From Clostridia bacterium (GTDB taxonomy: Bacteria; Bacillota; Clostridia; Oscillospirales; UBA644), in the NCBI GenBank assembly GCA_014872655.1, contig WHHJ01000003.1, positions 863-64,862 on the forward strand: a stretch of DNA of 64,000 nt, written 5' to 3'. Under the pieces are notes generated by a model. The model had not been told where the DNA came from. It saw nothing but the letters and a program-made list of their open reading frames with translations, and searched no databases. The stretch's first letter is position 1; every line of letters starts with the position of its first letter. Below are positions 45,988 to 54,974 of this stretch, piece by piece. Made by a program: the position numbers and the translations under genes.

Positions 45988-46866
45988 CTATAGTAATTGC
46001 GGAATTTCGTCCAGTGTAATGGCTCCGATCTTTCCTGCTCGGTATTCGTCGATCAAAATGTTAGCAGCGCGTTCTGTATCGATCTCTCCGCCACTTACCA
46101 TAAAACCGCGTTTTCGTCCGATCAAATATAATAAATCGTACAAGTCTTCCGGTAATTGTTGCGGTAATTTATATCGCTCCTGGAGTTTTTGCGTATAATT
46201 TTGTCTTAAAATTCCAAGCAGCTCCACAGCCAGCTCCTCGGTATCTAAGACGGTATCCTTGATCGCTCCGGTCAGTGCTAATTTAAGGGCAACGTCAGGA
46301 TCTTCTATTTTGGGCCATAAAATTCCGGGCATATCTAATAAATCGATGCCGTTTTGTAAACTGATCCATTGTTTGCCTCGGGTGACTCCTGGCCGATCTT
46401 CTGCCTTGACTCGGTTTGCGCCGCTCATGCAGTTAATCCATGTGGATTTTCCGACGTTCGGAATCCCTAAAACCATAATTTTTACGGCACGGCCGCTCAT
46501 TCCGCGCTGCATATTTCTTTCAATTTTTTCCGACATGCTTTGGCGGATTTGTTCTGCTAATTTTTGTACGGATGCCCCTTTTTTGTTTTTACTGTCAAAC
46601 AGTAATGCATGGTATCCGTTCTTTTGATAATAAGCAAGCCATTTTTGATTTTGAGCAGGGTCCGCCAAATCGGATTTGTTTAGTAATATCATTTTAGGCT
46701 TGTTTTCGCACAGTTTAGTAATGTCAGGATTTTTGGAAGATAGCGGAATCCTTGCATCAACTAATTCTACTACAACGTCCACCAGCGGCAAACAATTCAC
46801 AATCATGCGCTTGGTTTTTGTCATATGTCCGGGGTACCAGTTGATGTTTGTTTTATTCTCAGCCAT
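45988..46866 (-). CDS. rbgA: ribosome biogenesis GTPase A (YlqF/RbgA)
   Basis: It begins NWYPGHMTKTKR and has circularly permuted G motifs (LLNKSDL, GIPNVGKST). The ATG at 46866 sits behind AAGGAAG. Confidence 0.9.
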   Translation of the reverse strand: MAENKTNINWYPGHMTKTKRMIVNCLPLVDVVVELVDARIPLSSKNPDITKLCENKPKMILLNKSDLADPAQNQKWLAYYQKNGYHALLFDSKNKKGASVQKLAEQIRQSMSEKIERNMQRGMSGRAVKIMVLGIPNVGKSTWINCMSGANRVKAEDRPGVTRGKQWISLQNGIDLLDMPGILWPKIEDPDVALKLALTGAIKDTVLDTEELAVELLGILRQNYTQKLQERYKLPQQLPEDLYDLLYLIGRKRGFMVSGGEIDTERAANILIDEYRAGKIGAITLDEIPQLL

Positions 46867-46914
46867 TTTTATCACTTCCTTGTTTTAAATCCATTTCATG
46901 ATATCATAATCTAT

Positions 46915-46945
46915 AGCAAAAGAAAAGTAGATGCGAATCTACTTT
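46915..46945 (-). terminator. rho-independent terminator after vat
   Basis: The stem AAAGTAGAT / ATCTACTTT has a 4-nt loop. The minus strand then continues TCTTTTG. Confidence 0.5.
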
Positions 46946-46963
46946 ACAAATTGTAATTTGCGA

Positions 46964-47599
46964 TTATTTTATTGTTTTAATTTTTTCTATGTCATTACTG
47001 CATAATATCTCTAAATTTTTAAAAATTTTATCTTCTTCCCAATTCCACCATTTTATTTCTTCCAAATAATTGATAAGATTTTCATTAAACCTTTTTCTTA
47101 TTATTTTACAAGGATTTCCTCCCGCAATATGGTATGCAGGGATATCTTTAGTCACAACTGAATTAGCTCCTATAATGGCCCCATCCCCAATGTGAACACC
47201 GGGCAGTATGGTTACGTTTTGACCTATCCATACATCATTTCCAATAATAGTATCGCCTTTCAATGGTAAGTCTTCTAATTTAGGTGTTGCTTTTTCCCAG
47301 CCATTTCCCATAATATTAAACGGGTAAGTTGTAACACTATCCATTCTATGATTAGCGCCATTCATTATAATCTGTATTCCGGAAGCTATTTGACAAAACT
47401 TTCCTATGATAAGTTTATCTCCTAAAAATTCATAATGATGTGTCACATGCTCTTCAAATTTATCTGCTCCGTTTGGATCATCATAATAAGTAAAATCTCC
47501 AACTTCAATGTTAGGCCTTGTGATTACATTTTTTATAAAACAAACGCTCGGTACATTTTTATTTGGAAATTTTTCATTTTTATCTGGCCCATCATTCAT
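46964..47599 (-). CDS. vat: Vat-family streptogramin A O-acetyltransferase (xenobiotic hexapeptide acyltransferase)
   Basis: The 211-aa ORF shows PNIEVGDFTYYDD, NGANHRMDSVTTYPF, hexapeptide repeats IGNDVWIGQNVTILPGVHIGDGAIIGANSVV, and WWNW near the C-terminus. The gene is markedly AT-rich. Confidence 0.85.
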   Translation of the reverse strand: MNDGPDKNEKFPNKNVPSVCFIKNVITRPNIEVGDFTYYDDPNGADKFEEHVTHHYEFLGDKLIIGKFCQIASGIQIIMNGANHRMDSVTTYPFNIMGNGWEKATPKLEDLPLKGDTIIGNDVWIGQNVTILPGVHIGDGAIIGANSVVTKDIPAYHIAGGNPCKIIRKRFNENLINYLEEIKWWNWEEDKIFKNLEILCSNDIEKIKTIK

Positions 47600-47835
47600 A
47601 CAATCATCTCCTCTCTTGCAAAATGGGGTGGGGGAATCATGCGGTATCAGCCCATTACTTTTTAGTGGTTTTATTAAAAAAAATACAGTTTTTTCGTATT
47701 TTGATGTTTTTTACATAATTTTTATCAAAAACTTGCAAGCTTTAAATTTTTGTAATCCCTTTATTTATAAAGGTTTCGCAAAGGGGTTGAATAAATCCGT
47801 ATCAAGCAGGGAATAGCCAATCTCTAAACCTTCCT

Positions 47836-48411
47836 TTACATAAAGCTGAACCGTTGGAACGGGAAGAACCGAAGAACCACTTTGCCCACAATTCTTCCGG
47901 TTTCAATGCAGCCGATCGTTCGACTGTCATTGGAGTTGATCCGATTATCTCCTAAGACAAAAACACATCCTTGCGGAACGGTAACATCTAACTGATCTTG
48001 TCCTACAGGGGGACGAGTCACCTGGTTTTCGTCCAGATAGGGTTCTTGTTGTAATTGCCCGTCAACATATAACCGGAATGTTCCGGTCTCATCCTTTTGG
48101 ATTTGTACGCGCTGCCCCTGTGTAGCTATGACACGTTTGACGTATAATTTCTCATTGGCCGAATCTCCTTCGGAAGTCAAATCCGGCAAAAATACAATAA
48201 TATCAGACTGCTTGGGCGTGTAAAACAGATTGGAGATGATATATTGATCTCCTTCGTACATCGTCGGCTCCATCGATTGGCCCTGTACGCAACCTACACG
48301 GAATATCAGTGTTAAAATCAATACAGAAACAACCAGCGTGATGCAGATCACATCTATAATATCAAAAACAGATCGCAGTTTTGCTTTCTTTTGAAATAGC
48401 CTGGAAGCCAT
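47836..48411 (-). CDS. lepB: signal peptidase I (copy 2)
   Basis: It has an N-terminal TM, the GQSMEPTM (Ser) box, the YVKRVIATQG (Lys) box, and GDNRINSNDSR. Confidence 0.85.
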   Translation of the reverse strand: MASRLFQKKAKLRSVFDIIDVICITLVVSVLILTLIFRVGCVQGQSMEPTMYEGDQYIISNLFYTPKQSDIIVFLPDLTSEGDSANEKLYVKRVIATQGQRVQIQKDETGTFRLYVDGQLQQEPYLDENQVTRPPVGQDQLDVTVPQGCVFVLGDNRINSNDSRTIGCIETGRIVGKVVLRFFPFQRFSFM

Positions 48412-48427
48412 TGTCCGTCCTCCGTTG

Positions 48428-49039
48428 TTATTCTATAAATCCGATCTTGTCAAACGGATAAAAGCGAAACAGTACTTTCCCTACCAATCGCCGATTATCG
48501 ATACACCCGATAATTCTGCTGTCCTTTGAATTGAGTCGGTTGTCTCCCATTGCAAAAAATTGGCCTTCCGGAACGATAATATCCAAATCGTCCTGTGTGG
48601 ATTGAGCTGAGAGATACGGGTTTGGCAGTGTCGTTTGCCATTCGTCTAGATAGTCTTCTTGCAATTTTTCTCCGTCGACATAGACTGCATAATTTCCGGT
48701 TTCATCTTTCTTGATTTGCAGATGTTGTCCTTCGGTAGCAATGACACGCTTCACATACAATGTTTCCTCACTGCCTGCAGCTTTTCCGATTTGTTCCGGG
48801 TCTGGTTCAAATACAACAATATCTCCGGCTTTTGGCGTATAAAAAAGATTGGACACAATATAGCGGTCATTGTTGTGCATCGTATTGGCCATCGACTGTC
48901 CGCTGACAAAACCGGTGCGGAAAATCAACGTTAAGATCAATACGGCTGCAACCGCGGCAACCAGCAATGTTTCGATAATCTCTAAAAAATTATCCGTCCA
49001 ATTTTTTTGAAAAGGTTGTTTGGGATCTGTCTGTGTCAT
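48428..49039 (-). CDS. lepB: signal peptidase I (copy 1)
   Basis: It has the same boxes (GQSMANTM, YVKRVIATEG, GDNRLNSKDSR). By eye it is colinear with, and similar to, the adjacent copy. Confidence 0.85.
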   Translation of the reverse strand: MTQTDPKQPFQKNWTDNFLEIIETLLVAAVAAVLILTLIFRTGFVSGQSMANTMHNNDRYIVSNLFYTPKAGDIVVFEPDPEQIGKAAGSEETLYVKRVIATEGQHLQIKKDETGNYAVYVDGEKLQEDYLDEWQTTLPNPYLSAQSTQDDLDIIVPEGQFFAMGDNRLNSKDSRIIGCIDNRRLVGKVLFRFYPFDKIGFIE

Positions 49040-49065
49040 GATATAGATGCCTCCGAAAAGATAAA

Positions 49066-49107
49066 ACGCAAAAAGCGGTAGTCGCCGATCAAATAGGTGA
49101 CTACCGC
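49066..49107 (-). terminator. rho-independent terminator after rplS
   Basis: The stem is GCGGTAGTC / GACTACCGC. The minus strand then continues TTTTTGCGTTTT. Confidence 0.6.
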
Positions 49108-49124
49108 AATAATACGGTCAAAGT

Positions 49125-49469
49125 TTACAGTTGTTCTTTAACTTTTGCAGCTTTGCCTACTCTGTCGCGCAGATAGTACAGCTTTGCACGGCGAACTTTA
49201 CCTTTACGAACCAGTTCAACCTTTTCGATATGCGGCGAATGAACCGGGAAGGTTCTCTCAACACCAACACCGTAAGAAATTCTTCTTACCGTTACGGTTT
49301 CGTTTACGCCACCGTGTTTTTTAGCAATAACAACGCCTTCAAACACCTGGATTCTTTCCCGAGATCCTTCTTTGATTCGTACGTGTACTTTTACCGTGCT
49401 TCCGATTTCAAATTGAAACGGCTCAGCTTTCAGCTGATCTTTTGTGAACTTTTCAATTTTTTCGTTCAT
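49125..49469 (-). CDS. rplS: 50S ribosomal protein L19
   Basis: It shows [35 protein letters not shown] and RRAKLYYLR. The ATG at 49469 lies 9 nt after AGGAGG. Confidence 0.95.
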   Translation of the reverse strand: MNEKIEKFTKDQLKAEPFQFEIGSTVKVHVRIKEGSRERIQVFEGVVIAKKHGGVNETVTVRRISYGVGVERTFPVHSPHIEKVELVRKGKVRRAKLYYLRDRVGKAAKVKEQL

Positions 49470-49566
49470 TCTCAAAAACCTCCTGATAATAATGCTTATA
49501 CAAGATGTAAAAAGGATTTTCGTGCTGAGAATGGCAGAGGACTATCCCTAAAAAATAAGCGTTAAT

Positions 49567-49595
49567 AGTATACCATAATCTATCCCAAATTGCAA
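49567..49595 (-). promoter_or_regulatory. sigmaA-type promoter of rplS, with a leader of about 95 nt
   Basis: The minus strand reads TTGCAA (49595-49590), 17 nt, then TGG-TATACT (49572-49567). Confidence 0.5.
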
Positions 49596-49662
49596 GGGTT
49601 TCAAATCTGTCAAAATGTTACAAATTCATGAACTCTTGAATTTTTTTCTTAGATTATGCTTT

Positions 49663-50574
49663 TTAGTCGTGCATCGTTAAATATAAAACCGCTTTTTGTG
49701 CATGCAGACGATTTTCAGCTTCGTCAAAAATCTCTGTTGCATGTTCTTCAAATACTTTTTCTGTAATTTCTTCGCCTTTATGAGCCGGCAGACAATGCTG
49801 TACCATACATCCTTTATTGGTCACTTGCATCAGGTCGTCGTCAATACAGAATCCTTTAAAGGCCTCGGCCCGAACAGCACGTTCTTCTTCCTGTCCCATG
49901 CTTGCCCATACATCAGTAAAGATCACGTCTGCCTGTTGTGCGGCTTGTTTGATGTCATGCGTAAATAAGAATTTATCTTTATAAGAAGCCCCAAATTGTA
50001 GAATATGTTCGCACGGTTCATATCCTTCTGCCGTCGCACAGGCCACATTCATGCCCATTTTTAATCCACCGACGATCAGACTGTTGGCCATATTGTTCCC
50101 GTCACCGATGTAACACATTTTCAATCCGTCAAAGGTTTTCTTATATTCTAAAATCGTTAACAGATCGGCTAAGACCTGGCAGGGATGACAATAATCTGTC
50201 AGTCCGTTGATGATCGGAATGCCGGCATATTCAATCAGTTCATCGATATCGGATTGCTTAAAAGTCCGGATCATGATACCGTCCAGATATCGTCCAAAAA
50301 CTCTGGCAGAATCCTTAATTGATTCGCCGCGGCCGAGTTGAGTCTCTTTGGAACTTAAAAACAGAGCGTGTCCGCCTAATTGGTACATGCCTGTTTCAAA
50401 CGAAACCCGGGTTCTGGAAGAAGCTTTTTCAAAGATCATGCCCAGTGTCTTACCGTCTAAACGTTTTGTATGTTTCATTTTATGATGGGTTTCATATTTA
50501 AACTGCTGGGCCAATTCTAAAATTTGTTCAATTTCTGTCCGGGATAAATCTTCCATGGAACGCAAGTGTTTCAT
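49663..50574 (-). CDS. argF: ornithine carbamoyltransferase
   Basis: It shows the SSRTRVSFE, DVWASMG and HCLPA motifs. Confidence 0.9.
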   Translation of the reverse strand: MKHLRSMEDLSRTEIEQILELAQQFKYETHHKMKHTKRLDGKTLGMIFEKASSRTRVSFETGMYQLGGHALFLSSKETQLGRGESIKDSARVFGRYLDGIMIRTFKQSDIDELIEYAGIPIINGLTDYCHPCQVLADLLTILEYKKTFDGLKMCYIGDGNNMANSLIVGGLKMGMNVACATAEGYEPCEHILQFGASYKDKFLFTHDIKQAAQQADVIFTDVWASMGQEEERAVRAEAFKGFCIDDDLMQVTNKGCMVQHCLPAHKGEEITEKVFEEHATEIFDEAENRLHAQKAVLYLTMHD

Positions 50575-51782
50575 TATAAAATCTCCTTTCCTTTTTCGGC
50601 GTCGATGGCGGCGCGGAGTCTGCGAATGCCTTCATCAATTTGTTCACGGGTGATCACAAGCGGCGGTAAGAAGCGCAGAGAGGTTTTTGCCGTCAGAACC
50701 GTCAATCCAGTTTCAATACATTTTGCGGCAATATCTTTTGCCTGTAAAGGAGCCACCGGATCTGCCCCGATCATGAGTCCTAATCCGCGAATGTTGGTGA
50801 GGTCTTCCGGCAAAGTTTTCGCTAATTGCTGTTTAAAATATTCGCCTTTTTCTTGTACATCTTTTAAGAAATCCGGATCACATACTCTGTTTAATACCAC
50901 TTGCGCGCCGGCACAGGACATCATATTGCCTCCAAATGTAGAACCGTGATCCGAGTAGGTAAAGACATCCTTCAATTTTTCGTTGCAAAGAACAGTCCCA
51001 ATAGGAAGTCCTCCTGCAAGTCCTTTGGCCATGGTGACTAAATCCGGATGAACGCCGAATTGCTCGATGCATAAAAAGGTCCCCGTTCTGCCGCATCCGG
51101 TTTGGATTTCATCGTCGATCAACAGAATGTCTCTTTTCTGTAACATTGCGGCAAGTTGTTGTAAAAAATCTTTATTCAGCGGGTTGACGCCGCCTTCGCC
51201 TTGGATGGGTTCAATCATCACGGCGCAAACTTGGTCCGATAAAGCAGCCTCAATTTCTTTCAGGTCCGGTTTTGCATAAATGAAACCCTCTGTAAACGGG
51301 AAGAAGTAATCGTGGAAAACGTCCTGTCCGGTCGCTGCCAGCGTTGTGATCGTTCTGCCGTGAAAAGAGTTGGAAAGGGTAATGATGACGTCTCTTTTAG
51401 CTTGCGCGCCATATTTCAAAAAACTGTATTTACGTGCAATTTTAATGGCGCCCTCATTGGCTTCCGCGCCGGAATTTCCGAAAAAGACACGGGACATTCC
51501 TGTCGCATGGCACAGTTGCTCGGCAACGGCAGACATCTTGGGGTTATAATATAAATTGGAGCAGTGTGCTATTTTTGCCGCTTGATTCGAAACTGCTTGG
51601 ACCCATTCCGGGTCAGCATAGCCCAGACAACTGGTTCCAATTCCCGAAGCAAAATCAATATATTCTTTTCCGCCTACTGCCGTCAGGACAGCACCGGTTC
51701 CTTTTTCAAAAGCAACGTCAAATTTGCGATAGGTATGCATGGTATACTGCATATCTTGCTGTTTGATCTGTTCCAACTCCAT
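50574..51782 (-). CDS. argD: acetylornithine aminotransferase
   Basis: It has a class III aminotransferase pattern (GSGAEANEGAIK-like NSGAEANEGAIK, DEIQTGCGRTG, TMAKGL with the PLP Lys). Confidence 0.88.
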   Translation of the reverse strand: MELEQIKQQDMQYTMHTYRKFDVAFEKGTGAVLTAVGGKEYIDFASGIGTSCLGYADPEWVQAVSNQAAKIAHCSNLYYNPKMSAVAEQLCHATGMSRVFFGNSGAEANEGAIKIARKYSFLKYGAQAKRDVIITLSNSFHGRTITTLAATGQDVFHDYFFPFTEGFIYAKPDLKEIEAALSDQVCAVMIEPIQGEGGVNPLNKDFLQQLAAMLQKRDILLIDDEIQTGCGRTGTFLCIEQFGVHPDLVTMAKGLAGGLPIGTVLCNEKLKDVFTYSDHGSTFGGNMMSCAGAQVVLNRVCDPDFLKDVQEKGEYFKQQLAKTLPEDLTNIRGLGLMIGADPVAPLQAKDIAAKCIETGLTVLTAKTSLRFLPPLVITREQIDEGIRRLRAAIDAEKGKEIL

Positions 51783-51794
51783 GGTATCGTCTCC

Positions 51795-52664
51795 CTAATA
51801 AATCATTGTTCCGATTCCTTGATCGGTAAAAACTTCAATTAAAACGGAGTGTTCCACTCTGCCATCCAGAATATGAGCGGTTTTGACTCCTTCTTCTACC
51901 GCCGTGCGACAACACTTGATTTTTGGAATCATTCCGCCCTGGATAAACCCGTCGCGGATAAAACCGTCAATTTCAGCAGTTCGGATTCTCGAGATCAGGG
52001 TGCTTTCATCATCTTTATCTTTCAGAACCCCTTTGGTATCTGTAAGCAGAATCATTTTTTCCGCATGGATACTACTGGCAATTTTGGCTGCGGCGGTGTC
52101 TGCATTTACATTGTAGGCATGTCCGTCCTCTCCACAGGCTACGGTGGCGATGACCGGAATATATTTTTCTTGCAATAAGTCATCAATAATCTTTTTGTTT
52201 ACACGGCTGACTTCTCCTACGTATCCGTAATCGGTACCGTCTGGATCCAATATTTTCTTACAGGTCAACAAGTTGGCATCCATGCCGCAAATCCCAACGG
52301 CTCGGCCTCCAGCAGCATTTACACTTGCCACCAAATCTTTGTTTACTTTTCCTGCCAAAACCATTTGGACTAAGTCTACGGTTTCATCGTCCGTGTATCG
52401 GAGCCCGTTAATAAACAGGCTCTCTTTGCCTGTTTTTTTCATCATCTGGCTGATTTCCGGTCCGCCGCCGTGTACGAGCACGACGTGGATGCCAACCAGT
52501 GAAAGCAACAAGCAGTCGCTGATTACGGCATCTCGCATGATTTGGCTGACCATCGCGTTTCCGCCATATTTTATCACAATGGTTTTTCCGTTAAATTTTT
52601 GAATATAGGGAAGTGCCTCCGAAAGAATCTTCGCACGGGACTTATCGGAAATATCCGCAATCAT
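51795..52664 (-). CDS. argB: acetylglutamate kinase
   Basis: It shows VIKYGGNAM, VLVHGGGPEI and NVNADTAA. Confidence 0.92.
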   Translation of the reverse strand: MIADISDKSRAKILSEALPYIQKFNGKTIVIKYGGNAMVSQIMRDAVISDCLLLSLVGIHVVLVHGGGPEISQMMKKTGKESLFINGLRYTDDETVDLVQMVLAGKVNKDLVASVNAAGGRAVGICGMDANLLTCKKILDPDGTDYGYVGEVSRVNKKIIDDLLQEKYIPVIATVACGEDGHAYNVNADTAAAKIASSIHAEKMILLTDTKGVLKDKDDESTLISRIRTAEIDGFIRDGFIQGGMIPKIKCCRTAVEEGVKTAHILDGRVEHSVLIEVFTDQGIGTMIY

Positions 52665-52700
52665 GAAAAAATCTCCTTTATTTAAAGTGATTGCTCTCGA

Positions 52701-53921
52701 TCAAGTACGGTAATCGCCGTTAATCTTTACATAATCGTAGGTGAGGTCACAGCCGAATGCAGCCGCCCGGGCGGTTCCGTCCTGTAACTGTACCTGAATG
52801 GTAATTTCGTCGTCAGAAAGAACTTCTTTGGCAATTTGTTCGTCAAAATCAATTCCTGCACCGTTCCGGCAAACGCCGATATGTCCAGTTTTGGAAACAA
52901 AATCCACGCTGACTTGATGAACGTCTACCTCACATCCCGAATAACCGATTGCGCACAGTACGCGTCCCCAGTTAGCGTCAGCGCCAAACATGGCTGCTTT
53001 GACCAGGCTGGAAGAAACAACACTCAAAGCAATGCGTTTTGCTGTGGGTTCGTCTTTTGCGCCTTCAATGGTGCACTCAATCATTTTGGTCGCGCCCTCG
53101 CCGTCTCTTGCCATTGCACGGACCATTCGGGTGTTCAGGGCGGTCAAGGCCTCTACAAATTTTTGAAAGTCTTCGTTTTGCGTATCTTGAATTTCTGCGT
53201 TTCCTGCCAGTCCGGAAGCCATGATGCAGGCCATATCATTGGTGCTGGTATCTCCATCGATAGACAGCATATTGTACGTGTTCGATACCGATAATGTCAG
53301 CGCTTGCTGTAAGGCTTTTGGAGAGATTGCTGCGTCCGTAGTCAAAAAGGCCAGCATTGTTGCCATATTGGGATGAATCATTCCGGATCCCTTTGCGATG
53401 CCGCCGATAGTAACCGCTTTTCCGCTTAAATCAACGGTTACGGCAAATTCTTTATTTTGGGTGTCTGTCGTCATGATTGCTTCAGATGCTGCATGAGATC
53501 CGGTTGTGCTCAATCCCGAAACCAGCTGGGGAATGGCGTTCACAATCGTTTCAACGTTTAGGGGCTGTCCGATGACTCCGGTAGAAGCTACAATGACATC
53601 CTGCGGTTGGATCTGTAATTGCTGTGCCAGTTGGTTGCAGGTGAGTTCTGCTTTTTCAACACCGTCCGCATTACAGGTGTTGGCATTTCCGCTGTTGCAG
53701 ATCATAGCTTGCGCATAGCCGTCAGATAGGTGTTGTTTGGTTACGGTGATCGGTGCGCCCTTTACTAAATTTTGTGTATATACGGCTGCGGCCGGACACC
53801 GATTTTGTGCAAAAATCAGAGCCAAATCTTTTTTAGATTGGTTTTTCCGAATCCCGCAATGCATGCCGTTTGCAGTAAATCCTTTCGGCGTGGTAACGCC
53901 GCCGTTTTCAATAAATTCCAT
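52701..53921 (-). CDS. argJ: bifunctional ornithine acetyltransferase / N-acetylglutamate synthase
   Basis: It shows GMIHPNMATMLAFLTTDA (the autoprocessing site) and the C-terminal YVKINGDYRT. Confidence 0.92.
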   Translation of the reverse strand: MEFIENGGVTTPKGFTANGMHCGIRKNQSKKDLALIFAQNRCPAAAVYTQNLVKGAPITVTKQHLSDGYAQAMICNSGNANTCNADGVEKAELTCNQLAQQLQIQPQDVIVASTGVIGQPLNVETIVNAIPQLVSGLSTTGSHAASEAIMTTDTQNKEFAVTVDLSGKAVTIGGIAKGSGMIHPNMATMLAFLTTDAAISPKALQQALTLSVSNTYNMLSIDGDTSTNDMACIMASGLAGNAEIQDTQNEDFQKFVEALTALNTRMVRAMARDGEGATKMIECTIEGAKDEPTAKRIALSVVSSSLVKAAMFGADANWGRVLCAIGYSGCEVDVHQVSVDFVSKTGHIGVCRNGAGIDFDEQIAKEVLSDDEITIQVQLQDGTARAAAFGCDLTYDYVKINGDYRT

Positions 53922-53933
53922 AAAAAAACTCCT

Positions 53934-54974
53934 TTAGAATGACGCGGGAACAAAATGCAGACCGGTTTCTTCCGGCAACCCGAAGATTAAATTCATATTT
54001 TGCACCGCTTGGCCCGCCGCGCCTTTCACTAAGTTGTCGATAGCAGCCACGATAATCAGGCGGTTGGTATGTTCGTCTGCGTGTAGAGAGATATCGCAGT
54101 AATTGCTCATGCGTACATATTTCAGATTGGCCACTTCACCCAGTGGTTTTACTCGGACAAACTTCTCGTTTTGATACGCTTGGACATAGGCCTGATGAAT
54201 CTTTTCCAATGTGGCGCCCTCTTCCATCGACGCGTAAATAGTCGAAACGATGCCGCGATTGACAGGTAACAGGTGCGGGACAAAGGTGACCTGAATAGGC
54301 TGTCCGTATATTTTAGATAACGTTTGTTCTATTTCTGGTGTGTGGCGATGCTTGCCGATATTGTAAGGAGCAAAGGTTTCGTTGCAGTCCGGGAAGTGTG
54401 TGTTTTGAGCCAACTTGCGTCCGGCTCCGGTTGTTCCGGATTTTGCGTCGATGATAATGGTTTGCGGCGAAATCCATTTTGCTTTTAAAGCCGGATACAG
54501 GCCCAAAGAAATACTGGTCGGGTAGCATCCCGGATTTCCGATCAGCTGGGTCTGGCAAATTTGCTCCCGAAAAATTTCGCAAAGGCCATACACTGCTTTT
54601 TGATGAAGTTGCGGATACTGATATGTGCATCCATACCAATGCTCATATTCCTGCGGATCGTCCAAACGGAAGTCTGCGCCGATATCGATAAAGGCTTTCC
54701 CTTTTTGGTCGCACTGCTTTGCCAGTTCTTGGCTGACTCCGTGAGGAACCGCCGCAAACAAAACATCGCACCGATCAATCGCCTGTTCAACAGAAACCAG
54801 TGTGTCGTCACATATCTGAGAAAAATTCGGGTAAATTTCTGCAAAAGATTTTCCCTCAAAAGATACGGAAGACAGTGCTTCTATTTTTACATTGGGATGT
54901 CCCAGTAAAATTCTTACTAATTCTGCGCCCGCATATCCGGTTGCTCCGATAATGCCGGCTTTAATTTGCGTCAT
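53934..54974 (-). CDS. argC: N-acetyl-gamma-glutamyl-phosphate reductase
   Basis: It shows IIGATGYAGAELVRIL and the active site GCYPTS. The ATG at 54974 is preferred over the tracked GTG at 54983. The gene overlaps the argH stop. Confidence 0.92.
   Translation of the reverse strand: MTQIKAGIIGATGYAGAELVRILLGHPNVKIEALSSVSFEGKSFAEIYPNFSQICDDTLVSVEQAIDRCDVLFAAVPHGVSQELAKQCDQKGKAFIDIGADFRLDDPQEYEHWYGCTYQYPQLHQKAVYGLCEIFREQICQTQLIGNPGCYPTSISLGLYPALKAKWISPQTIIIDAKSGTTGAGRKLAQNTHFPDCNETFAPYNIGKHRHTPEIEQTLSKIYGQPIQVTFVPHLLPVNRGIVSTIYASMEEGATLEKIHQAYVQAYQNEKFVRVKPLGEVANLKYVRMSNYCDISLHADEHTNRLIIVAAIDNLVKGAAGQAVQNMNLIFGLPEETGLHFVPASF

Noticed and set aside
46876-47835. Mobile-element boundaries (inverted or direct repeats, integrase) around vat
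   Set aside because: The flanks share only a trivial 7-mer (TTGTAAT), and no transposase or recombinase ORF is present. The region is therefore reported as a compositional island, not as a defined mobile element.
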